64,000 nt of DNA, taken from Gammaproteobacteria bacterium. Lineage in GTDB: Bacteria; Pseudomonadota; Gammaproteobacteria; Pseudomonadales; Halieaceae. The stretch spans positions 39,251 to 103,250 of the forward strand of contig JANSYN010000010.1 of assembly GCA_024742415.1 (NCBI GenBank). The letters are read 5' to 3'. Position 1 is the stretch's first letter. Each line of letters starts with the position of its first letter. Made by a program: the position numbers and the translations under genes. The notes under the pieces are model-generated. The model made no database searches. It saw only the letters and a list, made by a program, of their open reading frames with translations, and was not told the DNA's origin. Shown piece after piece: positions 38,841 through 47,927 of this stretch.

Positions 38841-38870
38841 AGCGGGGCGCCTGTCGCGCCGCTTTCCCTT
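38841..38870 (+). terminator. Possible intrinsic terminator after the MDR gene
   Basis: 9-bp GC-rich stem with one mismatch (AGCGGGGCG/CGCGCCGCT) followed by a pyrimidine tract. Confidence 0.3.
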
Positions 38871-39026
38871 GTCTTGATCCCTTGCCGTGTCCGCTGGCCC
38901 AATGACCGGGGCAGGCTGGTCGACGCCATGTTCGGGCAATGCGCGCGGTTATGCGCGCCCCGGTGATGTTGGCGCTCGCAGTGGTATGCTGTGCGCCACA
39001 GAACGGCTGACACGGGAACAGGGCGC

Positions 39027-39728
39027 GTGGCGCGACTCACTTTTGCAACTCGCAAGCTGATTGCTGGCCTGCTCGTGCTGCTGTTGGCACTACTGGCGTT
39101 TTCGGCACTGTTTCCTTATCTGCAGTTGGAGTTCATGCAGGCGCAGCGTCAGGATTTTCTCGACTTCTATGCCGAGGAGCCCGGCACAGTGATGCTGCTC
39201 TACGTGGCTGTGACGGCCACCTGTATTGGGCTGTCCCTGCCCGCCACCGGTATTTTTGCCCTGCTCGCCGGTGCGGTTTTTGGGTTTGGCGTTGGCGTCG
39301 TGCTGTGTGCTATTGCCAGCATGATCGGGTCAGTCATTGCTTTTTTGTGGGCTCGCTACCTGTTTCGGGACTGGGTGCAGGCGCGGTTTGGGCGGCGCCT
39401 GGCAACATTTAATCGCGGCATTGAGCGCGAGGGCGGCTACTACCTGTTTACGATTCGGCTGCTCATGGTGTTGCCGTTTTTCCTGGTTAATGTGCTGTGC
39501 GGCGTCACCAGTCTCAGGCTGGGTGTTTACATCATCGCAACGCTTGCGAGCCACACGATTGTGATCGCGGTGTGGGTCTACGCGGGCGCCGCGCTGGCAA
39601 CGCTGGAGTCGCCGGCTGACGTGCTGTCTTTGGAGGTGTTCGGCGGTTTGGCATTGATCGGCCTGACGCCGCTGTTACTGCATCGCCTGGTCCTGCGAGT
39701 GCGCAACCGCCGCAGCCGTTCGCATTAG
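39027..39728 (+). CDS. TVP38/TMEM64 (DedA/VTT domain) membrane protein
   Basis: LSLPATG...LAGAVFG...ARYLFRD...LFTIRL..V.PFFLVN. Start uncertain (38991 or 39027). Confidence 0.85.
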   Translation: MARLTFATRKLIAGLLVLLLALLAFSALFPYLQLEFMQAQRQDFLDFYAEEPGTVMLLYVAVTATCIGLSLPATGIFALLAGAVFGFGVGVVLCAIASMIGSVIAFLWARYLFRDWVQARFGRRLATFNRGIEREGGYYLFTIRLLMVLPFFLVNVLCGVTSLRLGVYIIATLASHTIVIAVWVYAGAALATLESPADVLSLEVFGGLALIGLTPLLLHRLVLRVRNRRSRSH

Positions 39729-39899
39729 TTGGGGGCAGTCCGGAATCGCAGGGCCCCTGGTGTGGTTTCGGTTAGTCTTTTTACACCGTCTGTCGGCTTC
39801 TGGCGCATTTCACCGGGTTAGCCCCCGGCTGGACTGTCCTGCACCGGCGTACTGGCTATACTTGGCGGCCTTCAACGGGTTATACGGGAATGCGTGAAA

Positions 39900-40673
39900 A
39901 TGGCAGATTCAAAGCGGGTTGTTCTGATTACCGGCGGTGGCAGCGGCATGGGGCGCGAGGCCGCCCGGCGTTTTGCTGCAGCGGGCGATGCTGTGGCCCT
40001 GTTTGACCTCAACACACAGGGCATGGAAGAAACCGCCGCAGGCTTTGATAACGTGCGCAGCTGGCAAGTGGACGTGACTGATTTCGAGGCGGTGTGCGCG
40101 GCCGTGGCCGAGGTAGAGACGGCCTTTGGCCCGGTGGATCGACTGTACAACTGCGCCGCGATCATGCCCTTCGGGATTTTGCTCGAACAGGACAACGCCA
40201 TCATCCACAAACAGATGGCGATCAACTATGGCGGCCTGGTGAACATCACACAGGCGGTCCTGCCTGGCATGGTGGCGCGTGGCCGTGGTGATTTTGTCAG
40301 TTTCGCCTCCATGGCCGGCTGGATCCCCATGTTAAAGACCGGTGCCTATACGGCGACCAAGTTCGCCGTGCGCGCCTTTACCGAGACACTACACCACGAA
40401 AATCTCAATTGTGGTGTGCGCTTTGCCTGCGTCTGTCCGCCGGCGGTGGCCACGCCATTGCTCAAGCAGGGCAAGGAGAGCGCCTGGCCGAAGATGCTCG
40501 AAAACCAGGGCGAGCCCATCGCGCCGGCGGTGGTTATTGATGCAATCGAAGATTGCCTGCAGCGCGGCAAATTCTTTGTGTATCCGACACGCGATGCGAA
40601 GATCGGTGTGTTGATGCGTCGCTTGCTCCCCGGCCTGATCTGGAAGCAGGTGCATCAGGTCGAGGGTTTCTAG
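39900..40673 (+). CDS. Short-chain dehydrogenase/reductase (paralog of 37086-37856)
   Basis: TGGGSGMG, NCAAIMPFG and YTATK. Confidence 0.92.
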   Translation: MADSKRVVLITGGGSGMGREAARRFAAAGDAVALFDLNTQGMEETAAGFDNVRSWQVDVTDFEAVCAAVAEVETAFGPVDRLYNCAAIMPFGILLEQDNAIIHKQMAINYGGLVNITQAVLPGMVARGRGDFVSFASMAGWIPMLKTGAYTATKFAVRAFTETLHHENLNCGVRFACVCPPAVATPLLKQGKESAWPKMLENQGEPIAPAVVIDAIEDCLQRGKFFVYPTRDAKIGVLMRRLLPGLIWKQVHQVEGF

Positions 40674-40705
40674 CCGTTCGCCAACCCGCTGCGTGATCGC
40701 GCTGC

Positions 40706-40822
40706 GCGAACCTGCCACGCGAACCTGCCGAGTGAAGGTGCCGCGTGAAGGTGCCGCGTGAAGGTGCCACGTGAAGGTGCCACGTGAAGGTGCCGCAGAA
40801 AGTTGCCGCGCAAACCTGCCTC
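40706..40822. repeat. 13-bp tandem repeat, 9 units (core GTGAAGGTGCCRC x5)
   Basis: Read directly: five near-identical units at 40732-40796, flanked by degenerate units, between convergent genes. Confidence 0.9.
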
Positions 40823-40887
40823 ACAAATGTGCCTCACGATATGACATGGTCGCCCTGTCCCGCGCTGCAAGCGCAGCGCCTGCAGGT

Positions 40888-42942
40888 TTAATTCACGTGG
40901 GGCAAGAAGGAATAGTGCTGCGCGTAGTGCAGCATTTGCGCGTCAAAACTTGTCGGGTACGATAGCAGCACATCGACGAGTTCTCCCCGACGATACACCG
41001 GTGTCAGCACCGGGTTCACGAAACCGCGATAGGGCGCGATGTCCAGCGGTGCGTAGCGCTGCAGTACCTCAGCATGGAGCGCTGGGTCCAGGTCGGTGCC
41101 GTAGGTGGCAACCAGTGCCTCGGCGCTGGCGAAATCGCCCTCGGACTTGATGCGCTGTAGTTCCCGCAACAGCGTGGCGAACAATCCACGCAAGGCCTGG
41201 TAGTCGTTGATGACAAAGTACGTCTTGCCATCGCGCACCCTGCGCTCGACGATGTTCGCCGCCTCGCCCTGTGCATAGGCCCAGCGGGCAACCAGGGCGC
41301 GGTTGCGCATGTGCGCATCTTCCAACTGGCCGCCGGGGGGTATGCGATACATCTGGGTTAGCAATCCGCTGCGCAGGTACCGGTCATAGGCGGCGCGGCC
41401 CACATCGAGGTTTGGCATTACGCCCAGTTCGATCAGTTTGGCGTCCATGATGTAGTAGAGTGCTACCAGGTCTGCGCGCGCCTCTTCCAGCGTACTGGCG
41501 TACTGCTTGAGCGTTTCCCTGGTCTCGCCCACCCCGGGGTTGATACGCCCGGAGGCGTGTCCGATCACTTCATGCATATCGATGGAAAGTGCACTGGCCA
41601 GCTGCCGATACTGGCGGGCGCGCTGGATCTCTTGTTCGTCCCAGGCAAATTCCTGCAGTGCTTTGTCTGGCGAGGCGTAGTAGGCGTCAAAGACATTGGT
41701 AAGCGTGACGGACTTGGAGCCGTGCTGTGCGCGGATCCAGTTGGCATTGGGAAGATTGATGCCCACTGGCGTGCCGGGTGAGGCGTCGCCGGCCTCGGCA
41801 ACCACGGTGATGGCCTTGCCCATAATGCCCTTGACGTTGTCGCGCTTGTGCGCGTCCATGATGGGCATATGGTCTTCAAACCACTGTGCGTGAGCGCCGA
41901 TGGTCGCGATGCGGGCGTCGGTTTTCACGTCGCGAAAAGACACGATCGACTCATACGACCCGCGATAGGCAATCGGGTCGTTGTAGACCTCGATAAAGCC
42001 GTTGATCAGGTCTACGTGCGAGGCAGTGTCTTCAACCCAGGCTATGCTGTGGGCGTCGAAGGTACGCAAATCGCCGCTTCTGTAATAGCTGATCAATAAC
42101 TGCAGCGACTTCTTCTGTTGTTCGCTGTCGGCCACTGCAACGGCCTTGTCCAGCCAGTGGACGATCTCTTCTATGGCCTGTCCATACATGCCGCCCACGC
42201 GCCAGACCCGCTCGCGCACGCGGCCGTCGTTGTCTTTGACCAGTTGACTGTTCAGACCATGGGAAATCGGCGTGGGATCGTCCGCCGCCGAGAGGCCGGC
42301 GTAGAATGCACGCACCTCTGCTTCACTGACATCTCGATAGAAGTTCACGGCGGAGGAGGCGACCTTGTCAACGCCGGGCTCTGTGACCACTTTTTTCGGC
42401 GCGATGGCCGCATCGAACAGAATGCCGGTGAGCTGCCTGGACAGTTGCTCGTCACTTTCGCCCTCCAACAGCGGCAAGGCACCTGAATCGGCGACATCGG
42501 CGATGTACTGCTGGAAGCTGTCGGCGCTGAACCCAGGCTGCAGTTTGAGGGTGGAATTGTGGTGGTGAATGCCGTTGGCAAACCATACCTGGCGTGTATA
42601 GGTTCTGAATGCCGCAAATTCTGCGGTGCTGCGATCACCGCTGTAGTGCTGGATGATGGCTTCGAGCGTGCGCCGTATGCGCAAGTTGTGGCGGTAGTTC
42701 TGGTCCCACATGATGTCGCGCCCGGCGTAGCTGGCCTGGTACAGGTAGTAGATCAGTGTTTTCTGTTGCAGTGGGAGCTCGGCAAAACCCGGTACCTCGT
42801 AGGCCATCACCTGAATGTCGGCAAAGCGCTCAAACTCGAATTTGAAATCCTGTGCAGGCTGCGGTGTGTGGGCGCATGCCGCAAGCAATATGGCCAACAG
42901 GGCAGCGGATAGAAGGTTGGTAGGGCTCGGCAGTGGGGGCAT
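40888..42942 (-). CDS. Dipeptidyl-peptidase III (family M49), lipoprotein
   Basis: Lipobox LAAC, ERFADIQV, PVGINLPN, HGSKSV, HEVIGH zinc motif and EEARAD. Confidence 0.92.
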   Translation of the reverse strand: MPPLPSPTNLLSAALLAILLAACAHTPQPAQDFKFEFERFADIQVMAYEVPGFAELPLQQKTLIYYLYQASYAGRDIMWDQNYRHNLRIRRTLEAIIQHYSGDRSTAEFAAFRTYTRQVWFANGIHHHNSTLKLQPGFSADSFQQYIADVADSGALPLLEGESDEQLSRQLTGILFDAAIAPKKVVTEPGVDKVASSAVNFYRDVSEAEVRAFYAGLSAADDPTPISHGLNSQLVKDNDGRVRERVWRVGGMYGQAIEEIVHWLDKAVAVADSEQQKKSLQLLISYYRSGDLRTFDAHSIAWVEDTASHVDLINGFIEVYNDPIAYRGSYESIVSFRDVKTDARIATIGAHAQWFEDHMPIMDAHKRDNVKGIMGKAITVVAEAGDASPGTPVGINLPNANWIRAQHGSKSVTLTNVFDAYYASPDKALQEFAWDEQEIQRARQYRQLASALSIDMHEVIGHASGRINPGVGETRETLKQYASTLEEARADLVALYYIMDAKLIELGVMPNLDVGRAAYDRYLRSGLLTQMYRIPPGGQLEDAHMRNRALVARWAYAQGEAANIVERRVRDGKTYFVINDYQALRGLFATLLRELQRIKSEGDFASAEALVATYGTDLDPALHAEVLQRYAPLDIAPYRGFVNPVLTPVYRRGELVDVLLSYPTSFDAQMLHYAQHYSFLPHVN

Positions 42943-42945
42943 GGG

Positions 42946-44139
42946 TCAGTCCGTTGTGGGTGCGCGGCGCAGGTGCTCCAGCGCATGCATCACCCCGCGC
43001 AGTTCCGCGAGTCCTTTCATGCGCCCCCCGAAGGAGTAGCCGGGGTTCAGGCCGGCCTGTCCGATCTCATCGGCCATGGTGTGGCCATGATCCGGTCGCA
43101 TCGGGATGAGATCCAGGCGCCCCTGCGCGCGGCGGTTGTCTTCTTCATCCAGCAGCGCGGCGATCAGGCCGACCATGTCGTTATCGCCGTCCAGGTGTTC
43201 GGATTCAAAGAAAGAGCCGTCGTCCTCGCGCCTGATATTGCGCAGGTGCACAAAATGAATGCGCGGCCCAAACTCACGCACCATGGCAATGAGATCGTTG
43301 TCGGCGCGTGCACCGAATGAGCCGGCACACAGCGTGATGCCATTGTGCATGCTCGGTGCTGCGTCCAGCAACTGGCGCGCGTCTTCAGCGGTCGATACCA
43401 CCCGGGGCAAACCAAACAGGGAGAATGGCGGGTCGTCCGGGTGGATGCACATTCTGACGCCGGCTTCCTCAGCGACCGGTATGATCTCGTGCAGGAAGGC
43501 AAACAGGTTGTCGCGCATGCCCTGCGTCCCCAGGGCAATGAACTGTGCAATGGCCGCACGAATGCTGTCCCGGTCGTAGGAACCCTCACCGCCGGGCAGC
43601 CCCGCAATAATGTTTTTTTCCAGTTGCTCGCGCTGCTGTGTCGTCATGGCATCGAGGCGCTGTTTTGCGCGCGCCAGCACCTCGGGCGTGTAGTCCTGCT
43701 CTGCGCCACTGCGCTGCAGTACGTAGACATCGTAGGCCGCAAAGTCGGACATCTCGAACCGCAGGGCGCGTGACGCGTTGGGCAATTCGTAGTCCAGGTT
43801 GGTACGCGTCCAGTCAACCACCGGCATGAAGTTATAGCACACGACCTTGATGCCGGCCGCGCCGACGTTGCGTACGGAGGTTTTGTAGTTCTCCAGAAGC
43901 TCGGTGTAGTTGCCGCTGCGCGTTTTGAGATCGTTATGCAGCGGAATGCTCTCCACCACCGACCACTGCAGCCCGTGCGCTTCGATTTCCTGTTTGCGCT
44001 GCTCAATCTCGCGCAGTAGCCAGGCGTCACCGGTGGGCACGTGATGCAATGAAGTCACGATTCCCGTAGCGCCAGCCTGCACGATGTTGGTCAGGCTGAC
44101 CGGGTCATTGGGACCGAACCAGCGCCAGGTTTGCTGCAT
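42946..44139 (-). CDS. uxuA: Mannonate dehydratase
   Basis: MQQTWRWFGP, WSVVESIP, CYNFMPVVDWTRT, IHPDDPP, HFVHLRN and RPDHGH. Confidence 0.96.
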   Translation of the reverse strand: MQQTWRWFGPNDPVSLTNIVQAGATGIVTSLHHVPTGDAWLLREIEQRKQEIEAHGLQWSVVESIPLHNDLKTRSGNYTELLENYKTSVRNVGAAGIKVVCYNFMPVVDWTRTNLDYELPNASRALRFEMSDFAAYDVYVLQRSGAEQDYTPEVLARAKQRLDAMTTQQREQLEKNIIAGLPGGEGSYDRDSIRAAIAQFIALGTQGMRDNLFAFLHEIIPVAEEAGVRMCIHPDDPPFSLFGLPRVVSTAEDARQLLDAAPSMHNGITLCAGSFGARADNDLIAMVREFGPRIHFVHLRNIRREDDGSFFESEHLDGDNDMVGLIAALLDEEDNRRAQGRLDLIPMRPDHGHTMADEIGQAGLNPGYSFGGRMKGLAELRGVMHALEHLRRAPTTD

Positions 44140-44155
44140 GTCTGTGAGTGCTCCG

Positions 44156-45151
44156 CTAATAAGTGCTGCGTGATAGATGCCCGTTGCCCGCTGCCGGGAG
44201 GATAGCACCGTGCTGTTGCACCACCTGTGCCGCCAGCGCCTGCGCACAGTGTACCGCGTGTTGCAGCGCCGCGCCGCGCAGTCGCGCGGCAATGTAGCCT
44301 GCGTTGAACGCATCGCCGGCGCCCGTGGTGTCAACGGCCGCGACCGGGGCTGCCTGCAGGCAGACACTGTCACTGCCAGAGAAGGCGTGTGTGGTCAGCG
44401 CGCTCCCCTTTATCACGATCTCATCGATGTTGTAGTCGGCATAGAAAGCATGGCAATCCTGGGCAGAGACACTGCCCCACAGGGATTGTTCGTCATCCAG
44501 GGTGGGAAACACACTGCTGCAGAACGGCAGTACCGAGCGCAGGTAGTGCTGCGCCTGTTCGGCTGAGTCCCACAGGACTGGCCTGTAGTTGGGATCAAAC
44601 AGGATCTGGCAGTTGCGCGAGCGCAGTGCGCGCAGCAGGCTGACCAGGTTGGCGTGGTCGGCGCGGGTGATCGCAACGGTGATACCGCTGAAATAAAAAT
44701 GCGTGGTGTTGCCCAGGTCCGGCACCTGCGCGAAGCATTCGCGCGCCGGCGAGTGCGCGCGCTCGTAATTGAACGAGCGTTCTCCCCCGGCGTCATTGCT
44801 GATGGTGTAGCGCCCGGCCGTGCGGCCCGGCCAGCGGGTGACCAGGTGCGTATCGATGTGCTCGGCGCGCAGCGCGGCAAGGATGTCACCAGAGGCAGGG
44901 TCATCGCCCAGGCGTGTCAGGTAGCTTACCGGCAGGCCGCTACGCGCCAGGTAGACGGCGGTGTTGTACGTGTCCCCGGCAACGCTGGCACGACGCTGTG
45001 CTGCCTGGCCGGCACTGCGGTGTGCGCCCGATTCAGGTGCGCCACAGTCGCCAGGAATGGCAGGGTGCCCGGAAGGCGACGGCGCAACAGCGTCGATGGC
45101 CGCGTTTGCGGTTATTTCTATCATCGCTTCGCCGGCACAGCAGATTTGCAT
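44156..45151 (-). CDS. kdgK: 2-keto-3-deoxygluconate kinase (PfkB family)
   Basis: GEAMIE, GDTYNTAVYLAR, FDPNYRP.LW and VDTTGAGDAFNAG; next to uxuA. Confidence 0.88.
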   Translation of the reverse strand: MQICCAGEAMIEITANAAIDAVAPSPSGHPAIPGDCGAPESGAHRSAGQAAQRRASVAGDTYNTAVYLARSGLPVSYLTRLGDDPASGDILAALRAEHIDTHLVTRWPGRTAGRYTISNDAGGERSFNYERAHSPARECFAQVPDLGNTTHFYFSGITVAITRADHANLVSLLRALRSRNCQILFDPNYRPVLWDSAEQAQHYLRSVLPFCSSVFPTLDDEQSLWGSVSAQDCHAFYADYNIDEIVIKGSALTTHAFSGSDSVCLQAAPVAAVDTTGAGDAFNAGYIAARLRGAALQHAVHCAQALAAQVVQQHGAILPAAGNGHLSRSTY

Positions 45152-45196
45152 GGTGTCTCACGCCTTGGAGGAATGCCTGTTCATCGTGCGGGCAAC

Positions 45197-45225
45197 TTGA
45201 CAGGCCAGCCGCCAGATTCTAGATT
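45197..45225 (+). promoter_or_regulatory. Sigma70-type promoter for the oxidoreductase-uxaC operon
   Basis: TTGACA (45197-45202), 17-bp spacer, TAGATT (45220-45225). Confidence 0.7.
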
Positions 45226-45238
45226 GGCCTGACCAATT
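45222..45238. promoter_or_regulatory. FadR-subfamily GntR operator overlapping the -10 box
   Basis: GATTGGCCTGACCAATT matches the AATTGGN5CCAATT type of PdhR/LldR/UxuR-like regulators, and a FadR-type gene lies in the same operon. Confidence 0.7.
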
Positions 45239-45359
45239 CGCCCGACCGTAGTTTGACGCAGGCCCGTACCGAAGACAAGGCGCCTCACAACGCTGTGGCG
45301 ACTGCCGGGCGGGCAAGGCAGGCCCTGGCGATCCAACGGGCACAACAGGAGAGAACCTC

Positions 45360-46514
45360 ATGCAACAGGCAGGCCCGGTTCGCCTGGGCGTAGTGGGGCC
45401 AGGCAATATCGGTCGCAAACACATCGATAACGTGGTTGCCGGCCACGTGCCGGAGTGCGCGATCACTGCGCTGTGCTCGCGCCACCCCCCCGACGCGGCA
45501 ATAGCGCCGGGTGCACAGCACTTTAGCTCGCTCGAAGCGCTGCTGGACAGCGGTCGCTGTGATGCGGTCATTGTGGCGACGCCCACCTGCAATCATCTTC
45601 AGGCAGGGGCGGCGGTGCTGCGCAGCGGCCTGCACCTGATGATGGAGAAACCTCTTGGCCTGTCTATCGCCGAAGGGGAGGCGCTGCTGGCGCAGCAGGG
45701 TCCGGCGCAGGTTTTCGCGCTGATGCTCAACCAGCGCACCGATCCGCTGTTCACGGCAATGCGCGATTGCATCGATTCGGGGCAGCTCGGAGAGCTAACG
45801 CGCACGCAGTGGACGATGACCCACTGGTTTCGGCCCGAGGTGTATTTCAAGGTCAGTGACTGGCGCGCCACATGGAAGGGAGAGGGCGGCGGCCTGCTGC
45901 TCAACCAGTGTATTCACAACCTGGATATTTACCAGTGGCTGTGCGGTATGCCGGCCTCGCTGCACGCTTTTTGCCGCTTCGGGCGCTACCACGATATCGA
46001 AGTGGAAGATGAGGTCAGCGCCTTTTTCAGCTATGCCAGTGGTGCCAGCGGGGTTTTTGTAGGGTCCACTGGCGAATCTCCCGGTGTCAATCGCTTTGAT
46101 GTGATCGGTGACAGTGGCAGCCTGTGCTTCGATGGTGAGCGGTTGCTGCTGACCCAAAACGCCCAATCGACACAGCAGTACAGCCGCACCACCCGCGACA
46201 TGTTTGGCCAGCCGCCATCGCACACTCGCGATATTACGCCGGAGCGTGCCGTCAATCAGCACGCCATCGTGCTGGACAACTTTGTGCAGGCCATACGCAA
46301 CGACGAGCCCTTGATTGCGCCGGCGCGTGAGGGCCTGAATTCCCTGGCACTGGCGAATGCGATGTTGTTGTCGAGCTGGGAGAACACCGCCGTGGACCTG
46401 CCGCTGGATGCGGCGCGCTACCAGCAGGCGCTGGAACAGCGCATGGCCGTATCGCAGTTGCGCAAGAAGCAGGAAATCAGCGCCACTATCGACATGGACG
46501 CCTCGTTTCGCTGA
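45360..46514 (+). CDS. Gfo/Idh/MocA family oxidoreductase
   Basis: GVVGPGNIG, ATP, MEKP, WRATWKGEGGGLLLNQCIH.LD. Confidence 0.9.
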   Translation: MQQAGPVRLGVVGPGNIGRKHIDNVVAGHVPECAITALCSRHPPDAAIAPGAQHFSSLEALLDSGRCDAVIVATPTCNHLQAGAAVLRSGLHLMMEKPLGLSIAEGEALLAQQGPAQVFALMLNQRTDPLFTAMRDCIDSGQLGELTRTQWTMTHWFRPEVYFKVSDWRATWKGEGGGLLLNQCIHNLDIYQWLCGMPASLHAFCRFGRYHDIEVEDEVSAFFSYASGASGVFVGSTGESPGVNRFDVIGDSGSLCFDGERLLLTQNAQSTQQYSRTTRDMFGQPPSHTRDITPERAVNQHAIVLDNFVQAIRNDEPLIAPAREGLNSLALANAMLLSSWENTAVDLPLDAARYQQALEQRMAVSQLRKKQEISATIDMDASFR

Positions 46515-46541
46515 CGCGTACCACCTGAAAGAGACCGCACT

Positions 46542-47897
46542 ATGACAAGCGACGCGCAACAACTCTCACGGCTCGCGGCAATGGGTCCATTGCAACGGGT
46601 GCCAGGCTACGTGCGACTTAGCGGCCCCGGCTGGCTGCAAGGTGCCATGACGCTGGGCGGTGGCAGCGCCATTACATCGCTAACGATTGGCGCGGTGTAC
46701 GGCTACGAATTGCTCTGGGTGCAACCGCTGTCGATGTTGATCGGTTGCATCATGTTATTTGCGCTGTCGCACCAGACCCTCAGCACCGGCGTAAAACCGT
46801 TTGCCGCCATGCGCGATCACGTCAACCCCCAGTTGGCGTGGCTGTGGGCGCTGGCGGCGCTGGCCTCGAGTATCATCTGGGGCTTCTCGCACTACCCGCT
46901 GTCTGCCGGCATGCTCGAAGAGATCATCGCAGTGAGCAGCGGGTTCAGTTTGCAGGACTCGCCCGGCATGGGCCGCGAGTTGTATCTGTTTGCGCTGGCG
47001 CTGCTGGTCTGGGCGATCTGCGCCTATACCGCCTGGCATTACGGTGCTGGCGGTCGTGCGGTAACCGTGTTTGAAAGTGCAATAAAAGTGCTCAGTTGCA
47101 TGATTGTCTTGTCGTTTGCGTGGGTCGTCATTACCGCCAGTGCCGCCGGGCAGATTGACTGGGGCGCGGCGCTGGCAGGGTATGTGCCTGGCAATCTGCC
47201 CTCTGACAGGGCTGGCGTCACCACCATCATGGCGGCACTGGGAACAGCCGTGGGTATCAATATGACCTTTGTCTATGGCTACACCCTGCTGGATAAGGGC
47301 TGGGGGCCTGCGCACCGGGAACTGGCGCGCTGGGATATCGTCATGGGTCTGGTCATTCCCTACATCCTGGTAACCGGCTTGATATCCATCGCTGCCGCCG
47401 GGGCGTTTTACGGTTCGGACCTCAGTGTGCAGGGCAAGCTCGCCCCGGCGCAGGCCGCCGCGATGTTCAGCGATGCAGGTATGGGGCCGGTAACGGGGCG
47501 CCTGGTGTTTGCCCTGGGTGTGCTGGGCATGGCGGTGGGTTCGCTGGTGATGCACATGCTGTGTTGCGGTGCGGCTGCACGCGCCCTGTTTAACCTGGAG
47601 CACAACGCATTGCAGTATCGCCTGGCCCTGCTGCTGCCAACGCCGGCGGTGCTGGGTGTGTTCCTGTGGTCGAGCATGGGCCCATATGTCATCCTGCCGA
47701 CCTCGGCCATCTGTGGTTTTCTGTTGCCCATCGCCTATGTAGGCTGGTTGTTCCTGAACAACAACAGCGCCTACCTGGGCGATGACCAGCCGCGCGGTGG
47801 GCGGCGTGTGGTATTCAACTGTGCGATGCTGCTGTGCATCCTGACCGTACTGGCCAGTGTGACCTACAGCACCGGCGTCGCGCTGGGCTGGTTTTAA
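46542..47897 (+). CDS. NRAMP/LeuT-fold secondary transporter lacking the DPGN motif
   Basis: GPGWLQGAMTLGGGS TM1, GAVYGYELLWVQPL, GTAVGINMTF; about 11 TM segments. Confidence 0.75.
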   Translation: MTSDAQQLSRLAAMGPLQRVPGYVRLSGPGWLQGAMTLGGGSAITSLTIGAVYGYELLWVQPLSMLIGCIMLFALSHQTLSTGVKPFAAMRDHVNPQLAWLWALAALASSIIWGFSHYPLSAGMLEEIIAVSSGFSLQDSPGMGRELYLFALALLVWAICAYTAWHYGAGGRAVTVFESAIKVLSCMIVLSFAWVVITASAAGQIDWGAALAGYVPGNLPSDRAGVTTIMAALGTAVGINMTFVYGYTLLDKGWGPAHRELARWDIVMGLVIPYILVTGLISIAAAGAFYGSDLSVQGKLAPAQAAAMFSDAGMGPVTGRLVFALGVLGMAVGSLVMHMLCCGAAARALFNLEHNALQYRLALLLPTPAVLGVFLWSSMGPYVILPTSAICGFLLPIAYVGWLFLNNNSAYLGDDQPRGGRRVVFNCAMLLCILTVLASVTYSTGVALGWF

Positions 47898-47927
47898 AGC
47901 CCAATGAACAAGCGGACACAATAGATC

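Noticed and set aside
40706-40822. Tandem arrays (also 20050-20324 and 61137-61241) as CRISPR
   Set aside because: Units are 7-13 bp and directly adjacent, with no unique spacers and no cas genes.
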